Assembly: GCA_000934665.2 (NCBI GenBank)
Contig: KZ538734.1
Coordinates: 1-50,493, forward strand
Origin: Catajapyx aquilonaris
Lineage: Eukaryota
Length of the DNA stretch: 50,493 nt
Direction: 5' to 3'
In this document: one piece after another, positions 1 to 12,363 of the stretch
How the letters are laid out: every line of letters begins with the position of its first letter
How positions within the stretch are numbered: the stretch's first letter is position 1
Notes under the pieces: model-generated
Databases searched by the model: none
Told to the model about the DNA's origin: nothing
Seen by the model: only the letters and a program-made list of their open reading frames with translations
Position numbers and translations under genes: made by a program

Positions 1-1312
1 GGCGTTCAATTATTCGGTGGTGTTTTTGAGAAAATTATTTTCTTCCAAACCATGTTTTGCGAAGTTAACAATGTTTAACAATGGCTCCACTGTTAACTTT
101 TGACTTCAAAGCTTAACAAAGCTGATAAGTAGAGAGGGTATGAGTTGTACTCAAAGTCTACATGTTTCATTTGGCCACAAATATTTTTTTTGCAAAGAAA
201 AAAAATCGCGAAAACTGCTAAAATGTCGTAAAACAGCATTTTTTCCCATTTTTTCCGCGGTTGCTAATTATACATTCGCAATTATCTTATATCAAAAATT
301 CAGACCTAGGTAGGCAGTTGCTCCATTACAAATTTGGGTTTCCTGTAACGTATAGGAAAATTGGTACACGCGTCCAAAGTTGAGAAAAAATGAACTTCGA
401 GAAATAGCAGATTTGGTACCCCTGCGGTTCTGAATTTTTTCAGGGCGAACAAAAAATGTCACTGAAAAATAGCCAGTGTCATTCGTCATCATTTCGACAG
501 TGGTACTTCGTGTAATTTTTCCGTAATAATCGGAGACCAAGCCCTGACAACTTTTCTGGATCTGGCCTGATTTGAAATGGAACCACACATTTTTCGAACT
601 GTAGTACGGTATTTTTGTGAACCCATGTCACAGACAAGACTTTCTTCTCTTGGTCAAACAATATAGGGTAGGGGTTCTTAAACTGTGGGGTACACCTCAC
701 CTGGGGAGGTGTAGACAGCCTCCAGGGCCCCAGGGGAGGTATGAGTTGTTACAAAACTAGAAGTAGTTTTATCCACATTTTATGTACACAAAATTCTAGA
801 ATGCCCAGGGATGGAGAACTACGAGTATAGGTAACAATCAAGTATTTGTAATTTCCGTCCTCAAGGCCAGAAACGTGGGAGGTATCGGTCATAAGATATT
901 TCCCAAGGGAGATGTGACAGCAAAAAGTTTAAGAACTCACTGATATAGGCTCTCACCTACCAAGAATTTTCAGGATATGGCGAAACAACTCTACCAAATT
1001 TTTGGAAGAGCCTGTAGGAAGTGACCAACACATAAAAGAATAGGCTTGGCGACGAGAATGTTTGACATACAGGCTTATGAATATGGTGCCATGGTTCGAA
1101 AAATACTTCTATGTGTCCATAAATAACTAAATACATAATGTACCATTACATGATGCATATGTACTGCACATTTTCGGTGAAAATTATTCAAACCTTTTTA
1201 CATACCGGTACTCTTTCTGGGTATGGTAATAATTGAAAAGGTCAAGTTTTTACCTGACAAAGAAAGCTAGGGTGTCTAAAAGCAAATAATGAAAGAAACA
1301 TGAACCTTGCAG

Positions 1313-1441
1313 CTGAAAAGGCGTCAGTTGCAGCTTCAAACTCAGTGGGAAGGCGTGCCTCCTGGACTACTTCTCCTGACCCTCATCTGCGAATGTTGTC
1401 TTGTGTGCCTGCGGCCTCCTCTCCGTAATAGTCTAAGAGAG
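1313..1441 (+). CDS. Internal (penultimate) coding exon of a MIF4G domain-containing protein (MIF4GD/SLIP1 / CTIF-like); earlier exons not found in the window
   Basis: Acceptor ccttgcAG (1311-1312) and donor GAG|GTAAGA (1442). The 129 nt are open in phase 0: [43 protein letters not shown]. It joins in frame to the exon at 4616 (..RE|TECMFF..). Not in the ORF track. Confidence 0.8.
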
Positions 1442-2470
1442 GTAAGACACGCTCGATATTAGTGTTAGCTGGCCTGTGCCAGACGCGGGATCTCCTATGT
1501 GTATTCTACAAAGTGCTTCCGTATCTGTCTCATCAACAAGTCGTTGTGATAATATTCGTGCAAGAAACGGAGCATTATCCTAAACTATAAAAGTGCTTCA
1601 GTTTGCTTTAAGAGTGAGAACAAATTGGACGAGGTCTGAATTGTGGAGTTTTAACATTATAAAAGTAACCTTACACTTGGTTGTGCCACTTTTGCGCAAT
1701 GATTAGAGTAATATGACAAGTTTAAGGCGTTTTACAACCAACCAGTGTGGGTAAGTTACTGTTTTTTTCACTCTACATCTGCCATTTGGTAATTATAGTA
1801 GTATTTGCTTCAGCATACCGTATACTTTACGAATTCTGCAAGTAATAATAAATTTAATAATATTATGTTATTGAAAATAGTTGCCCAAAATACCTAGGTT
1901 ATAGTATCAACGTTTCCTAATTGGCCTACGTCATAAAATATCATTCGCAATAATTTCATGATAATCTAATAATAATTTTATTGGATTGAGCATTGTTTCT
2001 TAAGTTGTGATGTGTCATGAATTACTGGCTCCAGTCTAAGAACCGTTTGTATAGCTTCATATTAAGGAGGAAATCTGTAATAATTTTGGATTATGTATTA
2101 TGTATACAAGTACTGTAGGTCTACCTGTGCAGATTTTCCCTAATATACTTTCATACAACCGGCCATTAGATTATGGGGAGCCCTACGGAAAAGAATAGCC
2201 TAGACGAAATGGAAGTGCGGTTTTCAATATTATTCTCAATTTGTTTCACATTTGAATTGCTTGTCTCTTTTCCTGCATAGCATGACATCCAAATGCAAAA
2301 TCTCGATAACGGAGCGGAAATTGAAACAAATCCCTAGAAACTTTTAGCCCTCAGTTATGTTCAGATTAGTATTACTGTACAGTAGACACGGTACGCAACT
2401 ATAATAATAACTCATAAGAGTAGTCGTATTTGGCAGTCTTGTACTCTTGTTTTAGTCTAATACAGATATA

Positions 2471-2719
2471 CAAAGTGTTTCAAGTATCCGGGTCGTTTTA
2501 GTTATCGCTAACATCGCTCGAAGCTGTTATTTTTGTGTACCTTGTTGTGGCCCGATCAGGTACGGTACCCTATTATACAGCAAATGATATGTTCGATCAC
2601 CCGGAATATTGGGCACATACTGTATATCCGGGTGCAACAACCAACAAGCTGAAAAGTATGACAGCTTCGAGAGATATTAGCGATGATTAAAAAACGAACC
2701 TGATACTTGGAATACCCTG
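2471..2719. mobile_element. Diverged Tc1/mariner-type MITE in the MIF4G gene intron
   Basis: Left end TA-caaagtgtttcaagtatccgggtcgtttt matches the reverse complement of the right end (TA-cagggtattccaagtatcaggttcgtttt). Imperfect inverted arms run ~65 bp, with TA flanks. Confidence 0.6.
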
Positions 2720-3265
2720 TACAGTACAATATTACATGACTAAGCCACACATCAGAATTCTAATAAGATATTGTTTAAGGCACCAAATTTCTACCATGTT
2801 TCAGATGTTTGTAAGATACAGTCACATACTACCTGCTGCAGTGCAGAGGTATAGTACCGGTACTGTAGTAGTGGTGGTCAGTCAAATAATGCGAATGGAC
2901 CAGTCAATGAGGCGAATTCTTGTCATCCCAGTGCTGGATATTGTATACTTCAAACCATTGCATTGCTTTCCTTAGCAATCACCCCAATCAGATAGGGTCC
3001 ATTGGTAGACCAGACTTTTCCAAAGAAGGTTAATATTATTGTTCCCTGATTTATTTAACTGCCCCAGTATTCTTGACTGATTCATGGACTTCAATATTCG
3101 GACCTCGTCCAAGAAAGCAGAATTACTCTATGGTTCTTGGCTAGTTGCCTCGACAATAAAGGGAATTAGAAATTAGACTATGGACAATTAAATAATACTG
3201 CCAGGGTATTTGTTACAAAGGGACGCAACAATGAAGATGCACCTTGTTGGGCGACGTGCAGTATA

Positions 3266-4074
3266 CCCAAAGAGTTCTGCTATAATATATAGTAATATAC
3301 TATACAGGGTGATCCAACTCTATGGCACCAACAGTTATTGGAAAAATCGCGCAAGCTGCTTGTTTATAAGCAGGTCGTTGCTAAGAGATGCTTTCAAGAG
3401 TATCAGGAATAGCACCTGTTGATATTAGGTCCAATGCCCATGTAACAATTAATGAGGGAAAAAAGGGTCATCCGTGGGAAACAGGCCAGTTTTGGTGTTC
3501 GCTGGAGGGTTTCACATGAGGTCACTAGCTGCCAAACCAGAGGGCTAATCCGTCGAACTGGACAGACCCGGTTGTGTCAATAAATAGGCCTTCTGGTCTG
3601 TTCATTGTCGGCCAGTTGGCGCAGCTGAGATAGGTCAACAGACAGCATTGTTTAGTTACCAGTCAATAAACATGGGCATTGGACCTAATATTAGCAGGTG
3701 CTATTCCCGATACTCTAGAAAGTATCTCTTAGCAACGACCTGCTTATAAACAAGCAGCTTGCGCGATTTTTCCAATAACTGTTGGTGCCATAGAGTTGGA
3801 TCACCCTGTATACCTAGAGGAAGTACTCCCTATCCTTTCCTATTAGCCAGGCTGAGGCAGCCGCCATCTTTACTTGGGTCATATTGTTGCTCTATCTAGT
3901 TCTAACAGTTGTCTAGCAACTGGGACAACAACCAATAATGACAACTGGTATGACAATTAGTCCAATAATGTCAGGCGTCCACCATCTTTACTTGGGGCAT
4001 ATTGTTGCCTGTCTCACATTTCAGCCCGAGTGCTCCCTCTAGGTATTATGTATATAATAGCAGAACTCTCTGAG
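3266..4074. mobile_element. Older TA-flanked MITE interrupted by a younger MITE
   Basis: Left arm gtatacccaaagagttctgctataatat..tacctagaggaagtactc is the inverted match of right arm gagtgctccctctaggta..atagcagaactctctgagtatac. A 30-bp internal direct repeat lies at ~3861 and ~3979. Confidence 0.65.
3305..3808. mobile_element. Tc1/mariner-type MITE with ~140-bp terminal inverted repeats
   Basis: TA|CAGGGTGATCCAACTCTATGGCACCAACAG... and ...CTGTTGGTGCCATAGAGTTGGATCACCCTG|TA. The arms are near-identical, with a TA target duplication. Confidence 0.9.
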
Positions 4075-4615
4075 TATACCATATGCTGCAAGTGGTGTGT
4101 ACGGAAACCGTTGCCTGGCAAGTTTGTTGACGTCACCCACATCTAGTTATATGGTTTCTCATTAGATATAAAAAAATATTGACCAACTGTTGCTATACTA
4201 AAGAAGAGTGATATAATTATCCTACCTCAATATTTCATCAACTTCTCCTTCTTAGGGACATATCAGTAACTCATCCCTAAACCAATTTTGATGGACATAA
4301 GTCGGGGTTCATTGAACTCTTAAAACATCCACTCTTCACAGATTCAGTATGTAGTTGGATAATTACCGGTATTCCTACATGCTGTAATTGAATATAAATC
4401 AAAGAGCACACTTTTCGACATTATTATTATACACATATTCATATCAATTTTTAGTTATAAAAATTAAATTATAACGACTCTACATTCGCTGAGGTAAATA
4501 GTAACAATTCCTGAAACAGGGCTGAATTGTGTTGGATTTTATTATATAATCAATCTTCAAACAAGGTAATCGGCCCTCTCAGCAAATCACTGAATGACCC
4601 ATATTTTCTTGCCAG

Positions 4616-4840
4616 ACTGAGTGCATGTTCTTCGCGGTGACTGCTGTTGGCCGTGACCTGGAGCAAGAAGCGCCCAATCGTCTAAGTCAGCTATTAGATG
4701 CCATTCGGGATGCTTTTCTGCACCCTGACTCATCACAACCCTTGCGCAAGACTTTGCTCCAGCTGATCGAGTTGCATGCAGCTCGTTGGCAGCTCCCAGC
4801 TTCAGCTCTGCTGTACTATTATCCCTCCTCTTCAAAATGA
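4616..4840 (+). CDS. Last coding exon of the MIF4G domain-containing protein (MIF4GD/SLIP1 / CTIF-like)
   Basis: Acceptor ttttcttgccAG (4614-4615). Translation TECMFFAVTAVGRDLEQEAPNRLSQLLDAIRDAFLHPDSSQPLRKTLLQLIELHAARWQLPASALLYYYPSSSK*. The motifs 'VG..LE', 'IRD.FL', 'LL.LIELHA..W' and 'YYY' match my recollection of the MIF4GD/CTIF C-terminus. Confidence 0.88.
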   Translation, partial: TECMFFAVTAVGRDLEQEAPNRLSQLLDAIRDAFLHPDSSQPLRKTLLQLIELHAARWQLPASALLYYYPSSSK

Positions 4841-6179
4841 TCCGGTTGTGGTCAACGTCTTGCCCAGCTGGTCCTCAGAAGTGCGCGATCTCGCTCGAAG
4901 ACTTACCTTATTGTGGAGGGCCTCCTGACCAAAGTATACTATTGAAGCTCAGTGCATTGAAGGCATGGTAAACGATTATGAGGGCAAAAATATTGCTGTA
5001 CAAGACATACATCATGATTACCTGTACCGAAGAACGTGGCAGTGATAAGTTGGATACTAGCTGACATACACAGTGAGACAATTTGGTCAATTACTTTTTA
5101 ACTTGATTATGACTTCAATAGGAATGGATGGGCTCCAGTGTAAAGTTGGTAAACACATCAGATAATAAGAAACAGCAAACAGCGTTTACACATTTAAAAA
5201 CTGATCAAATCAAAGCAAGAAATTCTCTCTGGATTGTCGTTCACTTTGCCCTCGGCGCACTAAGCCTATAATTCTCGCCATGACAGTATTGGCATGACAT
5301 AGTGGTATATGAATTGAGTCACTGAAATCGGTTGTACCAGGTATGATACAAGATCAGATGTCGACACTCAGAGAAGCTAGGGAGGGTCTTGTCGAAATCA
5401 TTTGTCTATTGTGCCTGGATATTGACTCGCCTGAGAGTGCGTCGCGGGGACAGCACACTGTTGGTCACTTTTAACCTTTCTGTGTTGAGTTTGTCTTTAT
5501 TAGTAGGCAAGAAAACGTATGGAAAAGTGAGCGATTTTGATCTCATTCTCTAACACGATGAATGGAAAACATGCACGAAAGGACGTTGTGAATTTGGTGC
5601 TACTCACCTGGACCTTGTGCCTATCTCAATTTTGCCGAATAAGCAGATAACTGTTTCGTAACAGCAATCCCATTCAGGCAAGCAATCATTTGCATCACTG
5701 GATCCACCCGGTGGTTCAATATATAAAGTGGCTGATGGAAACTATTCATCAGCTATACTCTACACATCAATGCAATGATCATTTGATTCTTGGAAAATAC
5801 AGATAACATTGTCGATGAACAATGTTCGCGAGCAATTCGTTACTTTGCTTCACTTGTTCCATTTCACCATGATTAAGGATGCCCATCAGGTTTCAATTTG
5901 ATTTTACTCGTATTAACGGATTCTACAATGGTGGAAATCGAAGGAATCGTGCCAAAAGATTTCAGGCACTTGTACGTGCTATATTTTATTTATTTTGCGT
6001 TAAAAACGTTTCTGTATGGTTTAAATGCGACCTTTGGACGTAAACCAGACTGACAACAGACTGAACCACATCTATACATATGCCGAAATTTGGAAGGACG
6101 GGGGTACATAAGTCTAGATTTAGCAACCGCCTCGTATTTTTGCTAACTTAGCCAAGTGTAATTTCCAGTTTTAAAAAGC

Positions 6180-6185
6180 AATAAA
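6180..6185 (+). terminator. Candidate polyadenylation signal of the MIF4G gene
   Basis: AATAAA ~1.3 kb after the stop, at the end of a T-rich UTR-like stretch. A second ATTAAA lies at 6203-6208. Confidence 0.5.
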
Positions 6186-6228
6186 AAATTCATAACTGAA
6201 TCATTAAACCGAATATTTTTTACAACAC

Positions 6229-6234
6229 TTTATT
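6229..6234 (-). terminator. Candidate distal polyadenylation signal of a minus-strand transcript (probably dimm)
   Basis: TTTATT on + (AATAAA on -). Sequence to the right is A/C-rich on + (U/G-rich on -). An alternative signal lies at 7614-7619. Confidence 0.4.
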
Positions 6235-7141
6235 TCAAGTTTCCCAATCTCATACAGAACTTTTTCATCCATATACATGACACCACGCTGAAACAGTTTT
6301 GTTTTCAAAGGCTCACAACATAGTAACAGTTCACTGAGTATATGACAATACGGTATGGAATTTTTCCACGCTTCGGTTACACGGAACTGACATCAACAAA
6401 TAGGCCTGAAAAGTCTGTGGAAATCACCAACGAAAAGCTGCGGCTCTGTGAATGATCAGTCTGGAGTCCCACCGAGATTCAAACTCGAACTGCTGTACTG
6501 CTGGCCCAGAGTGCTGCTGTTACACTATGGGAGTGCTACAACGAAGCATGACTGGGATGGCCAAGAAAAGGAACTAGTACAATTCAGAAGCCTTGATTGG
6601 TCAGGAGTAAATGTCAGTCAGGTAGCAAGCTCAAACAACAGGTTGCAACAACAGTACAAGTTCTAAATGAGAAGTGTTTAGTATCTAGTAGACAACATGA
6701 CATCCGTCGAAATACCAGAGTGAAATTGTGTCTACATAATTATGGCACATGGTAACGTCTAAAAGGACCAAGAAAACTGGGTTCATAGACAGAATGAAAC
6801 TCGGAATATGCAGTGTTTTTTGTATGTCTGTATAACAAATAATGTCTACTTCTAAGTGTCTCACGCACACAACCATTTGCCACCAAAATAGAACCACACA
6901 TTTGAACAAATCGTCAATGCAACGACGAAGCGCCATCACAACGTTACAACGCCATTGACCTTAAAGCGTATGAGACTAGTCACGTACTCTCCAAGATTAA
7001 ACTTTGCGGAATAACGCTAACAAGATGCAGAATACACTTTGAAAACAGTGACAACACGGATAATATGCCGTATCATAACACTTCATTTTTTAGGATCAAT
7101 TCTAGCGTTTTATGTGTCAGAGAATAAGAGGTATGGCACAT

Positions 7142-7299
7142 GAGGCTCACGGATGGAAGCCTGCAAGTGTCACTGGCCAATGACACATCAGCATGGGAAA
7201 AACACAGTACACGTATGGTCAGAGGCTCACGAATGGAAACCTCCACATGTCACAGGTCAATGACACCGAGAGTATGGGAGAAACACAGTACACATATGC
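7142..7299. repeat. Imperfect tandem duplication, 2 x ~80 bp
   Basis: gaggctcacggatggaagcctgcaagtgtcactggccaatgacac..catgggaaaacacagtacacgtatg is followed by gaggctcacgaatggaaacctccacatgtcacaggtcaatgacac..tatgggagaaacacagtacacatatg. Confidence 0.85.
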
Positions 7300-8653
7300 A
7301 GGGGCGCCGAACGTTTTGAAAATAAGTATCGCAAACCTCCAAGTTACGTCGGTATAGAGAAATTGCGCAAAAAAGGGACATTCTTTCCCTCCCCATAACT
7401 TCAATCCTTGTCCTTTTCCTGCAAGAGTCAGCTCATATTCTTAATCTCGAAGACTCGCGCTCTTCATGAGGAGTTTCATGCAGCCAAGTCTGAGAGACTA
7501 TAGTCCTGACAGATGCAAAGGGGCATAATAGTGCGCATTTGTAGCCTTCCAGGAATGGGTTCAGAAAACAAAGCAATTCAAGTGACCCGAAAACAGCGAC
7601 AAATTTTTTATCATTTATTTTTTGTATGGACCAATGATCCCGTAAAATAAATGAGTTTTACTGATGCAGACTTTCAGTATTAAAGGTATTTATGGACGGA
7701 ATACATTGCGTTACTGATAATTAGGGCCTGTTCATACACCCACTTCATTTTTCCCAAGAGAGCTTCAGATAAACCGTTTTACTTAGGGAATAGGCGCTTT
7801 CAAGCTATCTTGGAAAAGAGAAGTGGCTCTGTGAATTGACTTAATGCCAGAGAGAGAGAAAAACGTACCGGTACGATTTCTTTTGGTAGAGACTGAGACA
7901 AGCAAATTAACGTGAACTGACTTGCCTATTTGTAGTCTTGCAGAAGGTGACACTGTATACGCTTCCATTGAGAAAAGTCCCGCCATCTCTTCACTGAAAT
8001 ATCAACGGCACGAACAATACTCAACAATAGGCTAAATAATTTTTTCCCTGTCTGAAACTCTGTTGACCCCACCTTACCTTGTCAAGGGCCTCCGCTGAGC
8101 TTAAACCTTAATCCCCTTGCCATTACCACTCTCCTCTTTCCGGGTTTCTCCTCTCTTCATCTATTTTTTTTTTTCCCCACCAACATAGCCATCCACCACC
8201 TATGTACGGCCGCAATAAGGTTCGGCGCCCCAGCATATGGCCACTGCGACTGTAATTTGGTCATCAGCTGCTTGGCAACCGGGATAAATGAGACGTGATT
8301 CTGCATGGCTTTTCACGTTAGAAGCCTACCATGTGTAATAACTCAGCTGGAACGCACAACCAATAGCCATCAACCAGTGGGCAAGAAAGACTCTAATGAC
8401 AGAAGCCATGCACAATCTGAGTACATTTGAACCCCGCTGCCCTGATTTGAGGGAGCCTGTTAATATGGCTTCCCGAGCTGTGCTGTGGTGTGATAGACTT
8501 CTGGTCCTCAACAACATGGAAGGTGACGGTCGCACTAATTTGGAACGTGGCAGACGCCCTAGGACTACAGTCAGGCCACAAACATGGAACTAGTGAAATA
8601 CACCATTATATAACGACTCTATACCGTATACATGGCAGTTCATCACGTCCACC

Positions 8654-8763
8654 GACGCCGCCAATGTCGTCCTTATTTTTATGCCTTATTTTCGTTGCGG
8701 TCGGTCGCATGGACTATACGAATGGACCTAATACAATGGAAATCTGTAGACGTTGGCGGCGTC
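8654..8763. repeat. Short inverted repeat, possible MITE remnant
   Basis: gacgccgccaatgtc (8654-8668) pairs with gacgttggcggcgtc (8749-8763), a 14/15 inverted match. Confidence 0.4.
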
Positions 8764-10097
8764 TGTCTGGGGGTTTAAAACACCCATTATGACGCAACAG
8801 ATTATCACACTCAGTTGCATTGTTACAGGGAGAAGGAAGGAACATTTCGTGTAAGGGCATCCCAGAAGCCCGGTCGTTCAAAAGTTATGGCGTGTTCGCA
8901 GGAGAGGCTCAGGATGCATGTATTGGGAGAGAGAATAGTAGGAAGGGGGAAGGGGTGGCTTTGGGTTTTGCAGCTTCTTGATACTAAACTCAGTCATTAC
9001 TACTGGGACATTAAATGCTCGCTGGTAATCTATTCCTATTTTTTGATTAAAGCAAGAAGAGAAGCATCTAGAAAAGAATGTTGTGAAGAGGAAATTCGGG
9101 CAATAAATTCATTTGCGACAATGGCTACATTCTTGGACGGCCTGTTTGATTGTACGAAGAATTCTCTGGCCTCACCATTTAGTGACTGACAACAAAATAA
9201 ATGCTATGTTTTTTATACAGGATGAGTTACTAATATGCAAAAGAAAGTTGCAGGAAAGCTTTAAAAAACACAGATGTAACGCTTCCTGTTGGTGATGGGA
9301 GAATGCCTTCCACATATGATAAATCCCCCGCCACTTTGCATTCAGTCACTATCAAGAGGAGAAAATATTACTTTTTTGCACGCCACGAACTTTTCTTCGC
9401 ATTTAGTATTTATGCGAGTGTTCTTGAGTAGAGAGAGAAAATTAAAACCCTCCCGGAATGAATCTTCGGCTGCTACCTTCAATCCTTTGAGCTACACCTG
9501 TTCTAAACTGTTCTAAAAAAATAAATCCCAATCCTTCACAGCCAAAGTATCTTTTCTCGACAGATTGAAAGGTGCAAGCCTCAGATATGTCTTCTAAACT
9601 ATCTAAAGTATCGCCGAACTCCTGCGAATCCGCCATCATGACCCCTTCTCCAATGACAAGCATGGAGTTAGAGAAATGGAGAGAGAGCAAAAATAATGAC
9701 ATAATTCACGTCAAAAAATAGCTCGAAAGATTCTGTATAGAAGGTACAGTTCCGTACTTTTTTTCCTTTTTCTGAATATGGTTTTAACATTAGTAAAATA
9801 TTGTCTCTGGGTATAGGAATTGGCAACATGGAAACTATGAACACAGCGGTACGCTTAAAACACTCGCATAGAGACACCGAACTGAATAATAAATACCAAG
9901 GATGCGAAAAAAGAAGGCGTGGGATGACAAGCTGATGGACCCACTTGCCTTGCTCTTATACACAAGAAAACAATACTGAAGCATCTCTATGCAGTTTGGC
10001 GACCGCGCCAAGGGGGGCCAGACACCAGCATCATCTACCCCTTCATCAGGGCACTGGATGTCCCTCATATTTGGTGTACCGTCAGCCGCGCACATCA

Positions 10098-10403
10098 TCA
10101 GAAGGAGTCCGAGCCATCCTCATCGTAGAGGCTCTTGTCATCCGAGGGCAAGGATGGCGACAGTACCAGTTCGTCCGATGGAACTCTCCCGCTTTCGGCT
10201 ACTATCTTCTCTCCTGAGTCCAGTTTGGCCTGCACGTCGGCCTCCATACCTTCCTGAGGAAATAGTGCGTATGGCCTATCCTCCCCCCGCATCTGGCAGA
10301 TCACGTTGGTCAGGGCCATGATGTAGTTCTTGGCCAGAGTCAGGGTCTCAATTTTGGACAGTTTCCGTTCCTTCTTCACGTGAGGGATTACTTCGCGGAG
10401 AGA
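10098..10403 (-). CDS. dimm: dimmed / Mist1 (bHLHa15)-like transcription factor, last coding exon (end of helix 1, loop, helix 2, C-terminus)
   Basis: Acceptor ttttgcAG (10405-10404). Translation [41 protein letters not shown]...[29 protein letters not shown] is the Dimmed/Mist1 signature. Confidence 0.95.
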   Translation of the reverse strand, partial: SLREVIPHVKKERKLSKIETLTLAKNYIMALTNVICQMRGEDRPYALFPQEGMEADVQAKLDSGEKIVAESGRVPSDELVLSPSLPSDDKSLYDEDGSDSF

Positions 10404-11155
10404 CTGCAAAATCCGACACAAGGTGATTAGACCCCACACTCGGGTCAAAGAATTTGCTTGCTAAGTCAGGTATTTGAGCTACCGAAAAAAGGGAAATCAC
10501 ATAATTATGCGAGAGCCATTTTCAAGGTTATTGGAAGCCCGTTGGCTGGACAATCGCGTGGAAAATTCTACATCTGATTCTACCCCTAAAAGAATAGCTG
10601 CATCTCATTGGTTAATGTATTCCATGCCAAAGATGTCCTAGGTCATCCTTCTGACCCCGCCTGCCGGCCAACCTCACAGCTCCACTTCTAATCGACACCG
10701 CGTGGGCCTGTATAGGGATCAAGGTCCAGAAAAGGGAGGAAAAACAGCAGCTGCATATTTAATAAAAACAACAGCCCAGTGCAATGCTCCTAGGTCAGCT
10801 CGGGTGAATCTGTTATCGCACTCGGCCCTTCAAGCCCACAACCCCTCCCTCGTCTCCACGTGCACACGGTTGCCAAATTCCTGAGTAAGTGAAATAATTT
10901 CTTTAAAATAGCATGAACAGTTGCCAGTATCGTGTAGCGCATTCAAATGTCGCAGAATGGAGCTCCAACAAATCTTTCGCGTTGGCAACCAAGTCAAACC
11001 TGAGGCATCCAATGTCCATCCTATCACTTTGGGTAAAGCCTCAGCTGAGTGTGTTTTACTCAAAACCTCTATGACCTAGGCAGCCCTCAAACTGCCAACT
11101 AATGTAACAAAGCCTAAGACACACAAAATTACAGAATGACAAGAGAGTCACCAAC

Positions 11156-11399
11156 CTCAAAAGCATCATTGAGACTGTGCATTCTCATCCTCTCCCTCTC
11201 ATTGCTCTCGAGACGGCGAAGGTTCTTCTCCCGGGCATTCATGGTAGGCTTTCTCCGTCGTCCGGATGACTTGCTGCGGGAGTTACCCTGTCGACCACGA
11301 ACTTGGTCATCGCTCACTGACGACGAGTCGGTCAAGTCTCCAGCAGTCTCAACAGGCGTCGTCAGACGGCAACGCTTGCTTCGGCCCATGTCTCCGGAC
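11156..11399 (-). CDS. dimm: dimmed / Mist1-like transcription factor, exon with the basic region and helix 1
   Basis: Encodes ..SGDMGRSKRCRL..MNAREKNLRRLESNERERMRMHSLNDAFE, then donor GAG|GTTGGT at 11155 (752-bp phase-0 intron). The 5' edge is uncertain: acceptor ggcAG at 11401-11400 (in frame with exon 14178-14320), or an ATG at 11413 with an acceptor at 11459. Confidence 0.92.
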
Positions 11400-11877
11400 C
11401 TGCCAGTAGCCATAAACGTACATGAGCCATACACAATAGAAGCTGTTCGTAGAGGTCGCTGAACGGAAGATAAGACTATGATCAAGTATAGCCATTTAGA
11501 TTTGCGAACAGGGAAATGGCTGTGGCCATCTCGAGTCCAGACGGTGGGAGAGTGTGGCAAGGACAAAGCTAGGAGGACGATGGTTGCAATGGGATAGGAG
11601 GAGGTGAGGGAGGATCTCTGAGACTGTTTCTGTATAGAGATTCAGAAAATGGAGGGTCTGTAGGAGAACTTCAGGGGGATCGACCACACGATACGGAAGG
11701 AGTGGAATAACCGTTTTGGAGAAAGATGGAGAGGAGCTGTGGAAAGAGACAGGATTCTGGAGTCTCGTTTTTTTTACTGTTCTTTGCGGTTCTCCACTGT
11801 ACAGACAACTATGTGCTGACCAGACGGAACGGCGACGTACGCGGCCAACCAGAGGACACACCGTTAGGACCTCTCAA

Positions 11878-12363
11878 GGGATGGGCCTAAGCGCTATTTG
11901 TAAATTGTATTGCATTGTAGCAATGATTCATAATATTAGCTGCTTATATTAGACCCTAATTGTCACGAAACTTTTCTGGAGGAAGGGGCGAGAAAGTGCG
12001 TGTTTTGGAGTCCAAATCAGGGGCATACCTACACTTAGAAAGTTTGAAACGCATTGTTACGAAGGCAGTATCAATATCCCATCCGCTAAATAAAACAAAC
12101 CGCTTGGAAGCCATGCACCTCACCTAATCCGGCGTGCAGCCTTGTCTTCCACCTATGCTCGTATGGACAATGCTAGATCCTTACCCTAATTCCCATCGGG
12201 CCCGAGGGTGTCGTAGCGGTGCGGCCAGCTTCTAGCGCACTATTTGAATTTCCCCACTTTGACCCCTCGCCCTGGGATTACCATTCGGGGTAGAAAAAAA
12301 AAGGATTGCACCTCGGAATCTGGATTTTTGGCCGATTTTTATAGCCCAACTTGCATTTTGAGT
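11878..12363 (+). mobile_element. Partial diverged copy of the Kolobok-type MITE family seen at 39224-39638
   Basis: 12224-12363 (gccagcttctagcgcactatttgaatttcc.cactttgacccctcgccctgggattacc..) matches 39486-39626. gggatgggcctaagcgc at 11878 matches 39410. Confidence 0.7.

Noticed and set aside
1..930. TE-like sequence at the window start (A/T-tract rich, gtatgagttgt repeated at ~138 and ~739, hAT-like end near 920)
   Set aside because: Probably DNA transposon remnants, but no paired TIR or TSD is visible within the window.
9442..9702. Minus-strand ORF MMADSQEFGDTLDSLEDISE.. after a pyrimidine tract, possibly an alternative dimm last exon
   Set aside because: No recognisable homology and no convincing upstream donor in the dimm last exon; treated as UTR.
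11414..11566. N-terminal extension MSLPHSPTVW... of the 145-aa ORF
   Set aside because: It begins at a non-ATG codon and runs through acceptor-like sequence, so it is more likely intronic.
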